Source of the DNA: Ostrea edulis
Lineage: Eukaryota
Direction of reading: 5' to 3'
Assembly (NCBI RefSeq): GCF_947568905.1
Contig: NC_079166.1
Span: 48,174,001-48,238,000 of the forward strand
Length of the DNA stretch: 64,000 nucleotides
Shown: one piece after another, positions 27,701 through 39,700 of the stretch
Position numbering within the stretch: position 1 is the first letter of the stretch
Layout of the letters: each line of letters begins with the position of its first letter
Translations under genes and position numbers: made by a program
Notes under the pieces: model-generated
Told to the model about the DNA's origin: nothing
The model's database searches: none
What the model saw: only the letters and a program-made list of their open reading frames with translations

Positions 27701-30700
27701 TCATTTTTTCTGTATTTTTATTTATTGGCATCACTGATATTTGGGTTGCTTTGAAGGAGATTGGTTTTGTGTTGCTTTGTAGTTTACAGGACAGCGTACT
27801 TAACATCTAACAGTCACCACAACTGTTACATAATACATCTGATGTATTAAACTCTACATTTAACAGTCACCGCAACTGTTACAGAATACATCTGATGTAT
27901 TAAACTCTACATTTAACAGTCACCACAACTGTTACAGAATACATCTGATGTATTAAACTCTACATTTAACAGTCACCACAACTGTTACAGAATACATCTG
28001 ATGTATTAAACTCTACATTTAACAGTCACCACAACTGTTACAGAATTCATCTGATGTATTAAACTCTACATTTAACAGTCACCACAACTGTTACAGAATT
28101 CATCTGATGTATTAAACTCTACATTTAACAGTCACCGCAACTGTTACAGAATACATCTGATGTATTAAACTCTACATTTAACAGTCACCACAACTGTTAC
28201 AGAATACATCTGATGTATTAAACGTTACATTTAACAGTCACCACAACTGTTACAGAATTCATCTGATGTATTAAACTCTACATTTAACAGTCACCGCAAC
28301 TGTTACAGAATACATCTGATGTATTAAACTCTACATTTAACAGTCACCACAACTGTTACAGAATTCATCTGATGTATTAAACTCTACATTTAACAGTCAC
28401 CACAACTGTTACAGAATTCATCTGATGTATTAAACGTTACATTTAACAGTCACCACAACTGTTACAGAATACATCTGATGTATTAAACGTTACATTTAAC
28501 AGTCACCGCAACTGTTACAGAATTCATCTGATGTATTAAACGTTACATTTAACAGTCACCGCAACTGTTACAGAATTCATCTGATATATTAAACTCTACA
28601 TTTAACAGTCACCACAACTGTTACAGAATACATCTGATGTATTAAACTCTACATTTAACAGTCACCACAACTGTTACAGAATACATCTGATGTATTAAAC
28701 TCTACATTTAACAGTCACCACAACTGTTACAGAATACATCTGATGTATTAAACTCTACATTTAACAGTCACCACAACTGTTACAGAATACATCTGATGTA
28801 TTAAACTCTACATTTAACAGTCACCACAACTGTTACAGAATACATCTGATATATTAAACTCTACATTTAACAGTCACCACAACTGTTACAGAATACATCT
28901 GATATATTAAACTCTACATTTAACAGTCACCACAACTGTTACAGAATACATCTGATGTATTAAACTCTACATTTAACAGTCACCACAACTGTTACATAAT
29001 ACATCTGATGTATTAAACTCTACATTTAACAGTCACCGCAACTGTTACAGAATACATCTGATGTATTAAACTCTACATTTAACAGTCACCACAACTGTTA
29101 CAGAATACATCTGATGTATTAAACTCTACATTTAACAGTCACCACAACTGTTACAGAATACATCTGATGTATTAAACTCTACATTTAACAGTCACCACAA
29201 CTGTTACAGAATACATCTGATGTATTAAACTCTACATTTAACAGTCACCGCAACTGTTACAGAATACATCTGATGTATTAAACTCTACATTTAACAGTCA
29301 CCACAACTGTTACAGAATACATCTGATGTATTAAACTCTACATTTAACAGTCACCACAACTGTTACAGAATACATCTGATGTATTAAACTCTACATTTAA
29401 CAGTCACCACAACTGTTACAGAATTCATCTGATGTATTAAACTCTACATTTAACAGTCACCGCAACTGTTACAGAATTCATCTGATGTATTAAACTCTAC
29501 ATTTAACAGTCACCACAACTGTTACAGAATACATCTGATGTATTAAACTCTACATTTAACAGTCACCACAACTGTTACAGAATACATCTGATATATTAAA
29601 CTCTACATTTAACAGTCACCACAACTGTTACAGAATTCATCTGATGTATTAAACTCTACATTTAACAGTCACCACAACTGTTACAGAATACATCTGGGGC
29701 TAATGTATTAAACTCAAATTTCACTGTCACAGAAATTGTGACATGGCCTTGACCTATTTCTAAAGAAAAATTAAAAGTCCAAATACTGGGGGGGGGGGGG
29801 GGGGGGGGGATCAGTTTATGAAATCAGACTCTTCACTCCTATCTTAACGGTTGTAACAAGTCCTTCAGGATTAAAGAAATATTTAAATAACTTGTTAACA
29901 TCATATCTTGTCTTTCTGACATCAATGTTTGGTTCATGAGCCAAAACCTACCTCACAAGGCAAGGAATTCTGACTGTCGGATGTCAATTATGCTCCACTT
30001 TTGTTTTGCTGAATTAGCTCTTTTGCAAGATATTCACACCCTTGAGAGACTATGAATGCATAGGTTGAAATATAACATTTGTGGACTTCTAATAGTCTTG
30101 CTCAATTATTCTCCACCCCAACCCCCTATATTAACCAATCATTCAATGATCTCCTTGTACATTTATGCTACAATAGCTATGTTTAATATTTAGTAACAGA
30201 CTTTGCTTTCATTGTTTACACAATTTTGATAATATTACATGTATTGTGAGTTTATAGTAAAAGCTTTTGTTTAATAATTTAATATTTTCCGCTTTTTAAC
30301 TCGTGTCAGAAAATTAACAATAAATGCAGATTTTGCTCTTTGATAAAACATTCATGAATTATCTGTGTACAACTATAATTTTCCTTTGCAGAAGATAAAC
30401 AAGAACCTCTAATATGGATACTCGACACACCTTATTTCTATGGCAACGAATTCTATGGAACAAATGCAGGCGTGGCCTTGACCCCGGTCACTGAACGATG
30501 TTTCTTGACCATGTCTCAGGCACTGAACAACTATCAAGGCAGCTGTGTATCAGGTCCTGTTGGTGTGGGCAAGACAGAGACTGTCAAAGGGCTGGCCAAT
30601 GTGCTGGGACACTACATTGGAACATTCCAGTGCTCCACTGAGTCAGACACTAGTGCCATGGGCAAGATTGTTCAGGGAACTGCCATGGTAATTAAGTGAA

Positions 30701-33700
30701 TTTTCTATGGATTGACTATGAGGTGTTTTGATGATTTATTGTGTTAAGTGTACAATCTGCTGGTTTATTTTGAATAATGAGTCACCATATCAAAGATATG
30801 CAGGAAACTTTGTACATCCAAACATGCTGTACAGTTTTATTTGGATTTCTGAATACTATGTACAGAGGTAAAACCAGGTGGTTTTGAAGTGTTTATTATT
30901 GCTTACTAAACGTTTGACTCTCATCTTGCTTTTTGTTTAGGATGGCTGTTGGTGCTGTTTTGATGAGGTCCAGAGTTTGAACAAACAAGCGATGTCCGTC
31001 CTACTGGACCAGATGACTGCTGTCATTATGGCCCTGAAGGCCAGACAGCCGTACGCCACACTCAGTGATGGACAGGAGGTATGCTACTGTAACTAACTAT
31101 CCTTACTGGGAAAGACTTTATACTCAGCTTGAAGAATTCAGTGAATGTCAACACTGAATAATGTACCTGTACATTCACTCAATGTGATGCATTGCAGGGC
31201 ACATAACTCTTTAAAAACTGATTTATACACAAGTAGTGACACTTAATTGTGATTGAGTCATAAACTTCAATATGGTCATTATTCAAATGCATTGAAAAAA
31301 ATCCCCCAAAAAATCTTCAGTTATATGTACTATTTGAACTCAAATTTGAGATCTAGAATGTTTCTGTTTTAAGATCTCCATCAAGAGAACTTCTGCTGTC
31401 CACATGACCTATAACAAGGAAACGGCCCCTCCTGGCTGTAGCCTGCCAATCGATGTCAGATCTCTGTTTAGAATGGTATCCCTTGTCAAACCAGACTTCA
31501 GCCTCATTCTGAAGGCAAAGTGTGCCGCCATGGGATTCAGAGCACCGAGTGTACTAGGGGCCCGTCTCAAAACTCTGACAGAGCTGGCCAAGGATGAATT
31601 GTGAGTTTTATTCATATTTTCTCCTGTTCATTTTGAATTAACAAATGAGGTTAACAAATGAGGGGATGTGTGTAGTACAGGGAAATGTCAGATGATAGAG
31701 ACGGAAAAAAGACAGGAGGTGACACGTGTTGGAAGGGAGGGTAATGGAATTAGTATTAGGTAATCAATTGTTGGATGATATTAATACATGTGTACATATT
31801 TCCTCTTTATCCATGGTTATAAGAAATCCATAGAATTTTATACCAGAAATGTAAGGGATAAATGGTAGAATTGCATTCAAAGCTGCAGAATTTTGTACCC
31901 ATCGACTGAACAGAAAAATAAATCCATGGACTTTTACCCTGTGAAAAAAATTACAACTGCAGAAGTTAGAATTAATCACCACCACCACAGCCATATAGAT
32001 AGCAAAAGGAGTGGTGAAGCCGAACCACCATTAAACAACCTGAAACGTGAAGGTGATGAGAAATACATACAGACATATTTTCTTTGAATCAGGCCACCAG
32101 AGTGTCATCACCACTTCAGTGTGGCCACACTTGTTGGAGTTCTGAACAGAGCCACACAGAAAAGAAAGTTCATTAGGGACGAGAGATCAGTGGATCGACT
32201 TGAGGCCAAAGACAGGGAAACTTCACGATCAGACAGCCAGGCCTCAGAGGCCCCATCAAAAATAGTCAATCCGCAGCAGAGTGTTGCAGGTAGGCTGATG
32301 CATAGCTTAAGTGGAGAATGTTTGGCCTTTACCTGATACATGTAAAATATCTGAGAGTAATGAACATATAATTTGAAAAGTGTTAAATTTGAAAATCATC
32401 GATGAATGTTTTATATACTTTTAGCTATAGATCTATGAAAGCTTTTTTTAAACTTAGATGCCTGTATGCTAATTCTAAGCGGCATCATTTCATTTATTCC
32501 CTCCTTCTAATTGAAAATCTCAGAAAAAACTCTTCAAACACTGTTTTTATATAAAATTATTTGTGATTAGCACTGGATTTAATAGGACTGTTGCACAAAC
32601 AGTTGCATGCATTGCTTACATTTTCAAAAATGTAGGTCCGAAAATTCTCCCCAAGTTCCATCATTGCCAATTTACCACTCGCAGACAATCGAATGGTGAG
32701 AGAAATAGCCTCAAACTGTTTCTGTATAGTTATTGAAATGTTTCTGTTCAAGCATGTTAGCCAAAACTGGTTTTTGTTGCTGTTTTTGATTTAAAGGAAA
32801 ATTTTGGACATGAATGCATGTAGAGTTTATTCTTTGTCAACTGTTCAAAGATCGTAAACTCTGCACAAACTTACAGAAGTTGGTAACCCAAATTTCTGAA
32901 GTTTTGAGTTTTCCATCTTGAGTGAATTATGTTAAACTTTGAAGTGTTACTGGCACAAACTCATTGAATGTCTTCTACTTTTCTGATTACCACAGTCCAA
33001 CAATACTTTGCCTCTCTTAATGGTAAGCGATAGAATAGTTCAGTGGAAGCTGCTAGTATATGTGTTTAATGTTGTCTAATCTAGAATGGCAGGGCTTTCC
33101 TTGGTTTCTATGAATAAAGGACAGCATCTAAAACTTATAGTATCTGGATTTTTGAATTGATTAATTTGAAGATGATCTAATCATGTTGCCTGTCATGTAT
33201 CATATCCCACGCAATTATTTTTGATTTTTCACATTCATTTATTTTTAGTTTCAGTAATCATTTTTCACCACTAAAAGTTTTTTTTAATTGTCTTCTTTAG
33301 ATATTTGAGTTTAAAGGATGCATTTGACTTTTGTTTTGATTTATGTAGCACTGCATATATTATTAGAAACTAGTTGGTTGTTACAATTTTCTTTCATATG
33401 CAGTATATTGTGACATTACCAGATCTCATAAACACTGTTCATTTGTTGTTCATGCAAGATTTATAAATAATTATTACTATGATTTTGGAATATTCACCTT
33501 CAATTTTCTATCTTTTTTTAAAAAAAATTTGTGGATGCATAATGGCATTTATCAACAATTGTCTCCGATAAATGCTTTTAATTACTGGGCAGGTGCGGTA
33601 ACACTTTCAGCCTTGTTAACCTTGAGCATTTTTAAGACCATGAATACTAAGCGCATTGTATGACCGTTTCAAACCTAGAATGAACCTGATTTCTTCTTTT

Positions 33701-36700
33701 TTTTTCCCATAAATAATTTCCCAATTTTTTTTTTATTAAAGGGGGAGGGGTTACGGTACATGTGCTGTATTTAGATGTTCCTGTGTATTAGAAACTATCT
33801 TTGTAAATAGAATTTGTGTTTTTATTTCATGTGATGTATATTAAATGTCTGCATGTCCAAATTAGAGGTTGTAATGTAAATCAAATATATTCTTGAATAT
33901 TCAAATGTAGTCATGAATATTCAAATTGCAGTTCCAAATATAGTAATATCTGAGGAACCAGACTCCAGTGAAATGCATGTTCATTTCCCCCGTAGAGGGA
34001 CCATCCATGGTATATAAACATTCCCTCTGAAAAAGATTAATTAATATCAAAATAGTAGTTTATACTTATTAAATGTTGTTGCACAATATATATAGTCTTT
34101 TTAACAACCTGGACTCTCGATTCCTTTAAAAAAAGAGCATTGACCATTTAATTACATGTATATCTTATAATGCTTAATCTTTATATCTGTGCAGTATATT
34201 TTAAAGGGAAAAATATCTTAATGTTTCAAATATGTATATGACATTTTCCATAGAATTTAGTGCTGCTTATTCAAAATAACTTGTAAATTTAAAATATGAA
34301 AATTTGATGCTGGTTCTGTTAATGCTAAGCAAGTATATATACTAAGGCAATTTGATAAAGTTTCATCTCTGAACTCATTGTCATTATCTTTCTCATGCTG
34401 AAGAAAGGCTTCTTGACAAAACTAATCTAGGTTGAGACTTTGGGACTCTGAAATCTGACATAACAAACTGGGAGTCTAACACTCAGTGAGCTTTCATTTG
34501 GTAAACTCCTGGAGTGGTGATGGGTAGATTGAATGGAAGATAGAATTGCTTTGATATTTTTCCTTTAGTTTGCTTTGATATAATGTCATTGTATATACAA
34601 TTGAAATCAAGTCAATACCATCTTGCATTTGAATAATATTTACTCCATATTTCTAAATTGTGCAGTATTTACCAAATGTGTGTCATTTTAATGTTTCATT
34701 GGAATTTTTCAGTGGCAACCAGTGGTATGAAAATGACCACAGGTATTGGTGTTAATCGTAAATCTGGTACACCTAACCCACTGACTGTAGCAGGTAAACT
34801 AGAGCATGCTCTGGTGGCACAGACAATAAAAGAAATAGTCGGACCGAGATTTACTGACCAGGTAACTTCTTTTAGTCATGAATGTGTGACTATAAAAAAA
34901 ATCTAAAAGATATAAAAAATAAGAAAAAATTATTAAACCATTTTATGTACTTTTTATAACATTTCTCGTCCAGTTGAAGATATGATTAACATCCTGTATT
35001 TAGCCAAAGTTCTTCAAATTCTCTCTTTCTCATTATTAACATGGCAAATCTATGACTTATCTACTTTCACTTTCATTTTGTAGAACATGAAGATATTTAA
35101 GCACATACTTGATGATGTGTTTGCTGGGCTACCTGACCCTCCAGTGGTCCATCAGATCCCCTCGGCTAGAACCCGTGGCTTCGATGTGGAACTGGTCCTC
35201 AAACAGAAGTGTATAGATAAAGGTCTTATGTCTCATGAACCATGGATAGAGCGGTGTAAACAGCTGTACAACATTTCCAAAGTACATCATGGTAAGACCT
35301 GCAACATACAAGCAAACTGTGAACAAGTTTGGTATAGTTGTTTGATTTTTTCTTCGTGTTCTGCTGATAATTAAGTACTATACATTTAGATGTATGTTTG
35401 AATCAGATGCATCTCATCATTGCATAATGACTTTATCTATACTTCAAATTTACTAAATCAAATCCTAATCTGAAGAATGAGAACATGAGGAAATCTGTTG
35501 AAGTGCAGTTTAGAAATTCTGCTTACGGTGTACTAAGCACTTTATTGACCTGACTGTGACGATCTGTTGTGTTCACTAGGAGTGATAGTGGCTGGCCCCC
35601 CAGGCAGTGGCAAGAGCAGCTGTATCCAGACTCTGGTCGATGCCCTCAGTCTGTCCAATCAGGCGGGAGCATCAAGACAATCTCAGACTAGCAGGACCAC
35701 AGGAAACATACAGGAGAACCAGCACAAACTCATCAAAATCAACCCTATGGTGGTCGACGACTGTCAACTTATGTTTGGTTACCTCAATGTAAACAATGAC
35801 TGGGTAGATGGGATTTTCACCTCAGCCTGTAGAAAGGCAAACAGGGTAAAAGAAAATATTTAACACCATCATTGATTTATATGCACGTGTACGAGAATAT
35901 TTAACACCATCATTGATTTATATGTACATGTACCAGGTATTTAGTTGTTAACAGTACTAAGAGATAGGATCTGGCAGTAAAATCTCTAGCTGCATTTATT
36001 TATCTGTTCATAGAACCAGAGCACGACATGGCTTTGTTTGGATGGACCATTAAACCCGGGATGGGCTGACAACTTCAACCCTATTCTCAATGGTGATAAG
36101 GTAGTAGCAGTTTATTACTTCTACAATGTGTAAACAAAATATAAAATTTAATTAGATGAATTCATAGGTATTTGAAATATCTTAAAATCTTTTGTATACT
36201 TATCATTATTGTGTGTGTGAATGGGGGGGTTGGGGGGTTGGACAGGGTAAAGGGTGGTGGGAGAGGGGAAAGAGAGGAGGGAGAGGAGAAGGAAGAAAGG
36301 GGGAAGAGGGAGTGAAGGGGAAGGAGGGGGGGGGGGAGAGAAGAAGTGAAAGGGGAAGGAGGAAGGGAGATAAGAGGGAAGGAGGAAGGGAGATAAGAGG
36401 AAAGGGGAAGGAGGATGGGAGATAAGAGGAAAGGGGAAGGAGGAAGGGAGATAAGAGGAAAGGGGAAGGAGGGAGGGAGAGAAGAGGAAAGGGAAGGGGA
36501 AGAAGAGGAAAGGAAGAGAATGGGAAAGAGAAGAAGAAAGGAGGAGGATGGAGAGAAAAGAAAAGGAGAAGAAGGGAGAGGGAGAAAGGGCAGGAAATGG
36601 AGCTGGGGGAGGAAAGTGCAAGGGAAAGGAGCAAGAGGAGAGGAAAGGGAAGGAGGGAGAGGTGGGAGGGGGTGGATCAGGAGAAGGGGGTGGGGGAGAA

Positions 36701-39700
36701 AGGGATAGGGAGATATCAAGAATCAACCCACCCCCCCATTTATTCTCCCATATTCCTTATTTTTTCTCCCTGTTCCCCATTCACTTCCATGCTTTATCCC
36801 CCCCCCCATTTATTCTCCCATATTCCTGTTTTTATTACCCTTCTCCCCATTCTCCTCCATGCTTTATTTCCTGTGTCTCTGTTGTAGGTCCTACACCTGA
36901 AGAATGGAGACAAAATGTTCCTGTCAGACAACATCATTGTCATTTTTGAGACAGACAACCTAATCAATGCCTCACCTGCCTCAGTCTCTAGATCAGTAGG
37001 TCTTCATATTTGTAAATGAGATTTGGATTGTAAACCAACTTATTTTTTTCATATCATAATTCAGGAGTCATTGTTTAAATACCCTTCAATGGAATGCAAA
37101 TACATACATATTGTGGCTGTATGAGCCTACATTTACAACAGAATGATTCGTTTGAGTAAAAATATTCACAGAAGCAGTTACAAATATCGAGGAGATTTCT
37201 TGCACCTGTTGGTTGTAGAATTTATTGGAAAGTTTGAAATGTTCACACCAATTTCCTAATGCTATGCATGTTTAATAATAACAGTGTATAATGATGAAAG
37301 CACCCCAGAAAATTTAACGGAGACAATATGAATGACCATATTATCCTTAAAAAGTTAAGGGCAGTACATTTGACTGCAGTACTCCTAGAAAGTGGTTAGA
37401 ATTGAGTTGATGCTAGTTGTAATTTATTGTACCTCTACTGATTTTTTTCTATATAAAAGTAATACATTACAACTGTCTATTTCCCTAAAAATGCACTATT
37501 TCTCTGGCTGATGAGTACTCCCTGCAAAATCAGTGCTACTTCCTGGGACTACTCCCTCATTGGCATTTATTTTTAACCAATCAAATGCTTGGTAGACAAA
37601 GTGTCCCAGAAATTGCGAGATATGTGATGTACTTTTTTAGCAAATGTCATAAGATCAATTGGAGAGATGTCTGAAATTAGGTTTGAGAAAAATAATGAAT
37701 TAAAATTGTTTTCGTATGATAAAACAGTTATAGAATGGGTATTTCAGGACATGGTAAATCTATGGTCCCCCTCGAGAAATAGCTTTCTTGTCCTGGGAGA
37801 CTGTAAATTTCCTGTTTCCTTATACCCACTCTGTAACTGCATACTATCCGTGTTACAGTTTACTGATCGTTGTGAAAAACTGTCTTTCATTGAAATTCCG
37901 TACACAATGTTATATAGATTTTACATGAACTACATAATGATTTCTCCTGATGCTGTAGGGTATTGTGTACATTGACAAAGATGTTCTGGGCTGGAAACCA
38001 ATAGCTGATGCTTGGCTGGAAAGCAGGTCCCCTCAAGAAATACATGTAAGTTTCCAATTATCATGGTCCCCCCTAGCAAATCAAAAATCATTTTTAATGA
38101 TAACAATTTCTATGTAGAATATAAAACATTTCATGTACTTTGTGCCCTTTGATTATAAATTGCTGACTCCAATATTCATATATTTTAATGATTCTGTTAG
38201 ATACATGTAGTTCTATGTGTTAAAATGAAGAAAAAAATCCTTTCCTCATTTAATGGAAATTGTTAGACACCCCCCTATGTTTACACTAATAACATGTACA
38301 TACTGTTACCTAATGCCACTCTGTGTTTTTCCATTGCTCTATAGGAGCAGGTAAGATGTGTGTATGTCACTGTTTTCTGTGTTTCTAGTGGTGTCACATT
38401 GTGTCAGATTAAATTGCAAGGCCATCTGAAAAAAAATGGTTCCTCTCAACTTATGTGAAGGGGCTCATAATCAGATTACTTAAACAGTTTGTCATAAAAC
38501 CATAGTGATTATTTATGATTTCATGAAAAGTAAATTAGAAAGTGATTCATTCTGATTATTATTTTTATACTTAGATTTACATAATTTTCTGTCATTCATA
38601 TATTAGGAATCGATCATTTTAGTGAGAGGAACCAAATTATTTTGGCCTACCACTTTGTAATTGCCAATAACATCTCGCGAAATGGATTGATTACTAACTC
38701 AATAAAAGAAAGAGGTTTATTGACTGATCAACATTTTCCTTCAGAATGTTCCACATCACAAATTTACCAGGGTAAGACCAACCAGCAGTGATGTCATGTC
38801 TATATATAGATCAGGGTATCTCTCCAAATATGGCTGTCAGTATCTAACTCCCTGGTTGGCGGTCTCTGTCTATGATAAATCTATTTTTTATCCCTGGGAT
38901 GGTTCTTTTAAGTCTAAAACAGCATTTCAGATGATGTATAAGTAAATCATGAGGGGAAAAAAATTTCATACTTTTGCAATTTATCTTTTTAAACTTTGCT
39001 TGGATATTTAACAATTTCTTTTAATAATTGCTTATATGCATTTAAAAAAAAAATTGCAATAATTGTTAACAAAATGTTTTTTAATCATTGAATACATTTA
39101 TTGTATTTTGATTATGAATCATTGGTTAGTACTCAGTACTTTGGAATAAGAAATTATAAGTGGAAAGTGAAGTGTTTGTGTTTCAAATTATTTCAACAAT
39201 GAATAAGTAAAATCTACCTCAAACAATCAGGTACTAGAATATTTACCTTATCCTAGTCAATCCGCACAAAGTTAATACTATTATAGAATATGTAATCCAA
39301 AGGACAGCTAGTATGCAAACTAAAGTGATTGTAGTAGATGTAACCTGCTAAATGCTGTAGAGAGACTTACAGGCTAATTGAAATTTAACCAAGTTTATAT
39401 GCAAAATAATTTGTAACTGGCAAGAAATGTTGATTTGTAACTGTTGTTGTCTAGGACGAGTTGGCTCACCAGTTACTGATCACAGTGAGTGGTGTTGGGT
39501 GTTCACTCTTTAGTTCCTCTTTTGGATCTGGTTGACTTTATTCAATTATGCATCATACCTTTCAATTGCCAAATTTTTGTTTAAATCAACAAATAGTTTT
39601 GACCAGATAGTCAGAAGTTCAATGTGACATAAGAGTTAATTCAATTTTTGTTGGGAAGCAGATAAACACACTAGGTGTAGAGAACAGGACTTGATGCATC

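Noticed and set aside
27808-29695. CRISPR-like array of palindromic repeats
   Set aside because: Units are head-to-tail with no unique spacers, there are no cas genes, and the context is a eukaryotic intron.
31893-32087. His-containing 64-aa ORF just upstream of exon 34
   Set aside because: No usable splice sites in the required phase 2 and no motif; treated as intronic.
36148-36949. Pro/Phe/Ser-rich and Gly/Glu/Arg-rich ORFs on both strands
   Set aside because: Low-complexity purine/pyrimidine tract; only 36888-36995 is a real exon.
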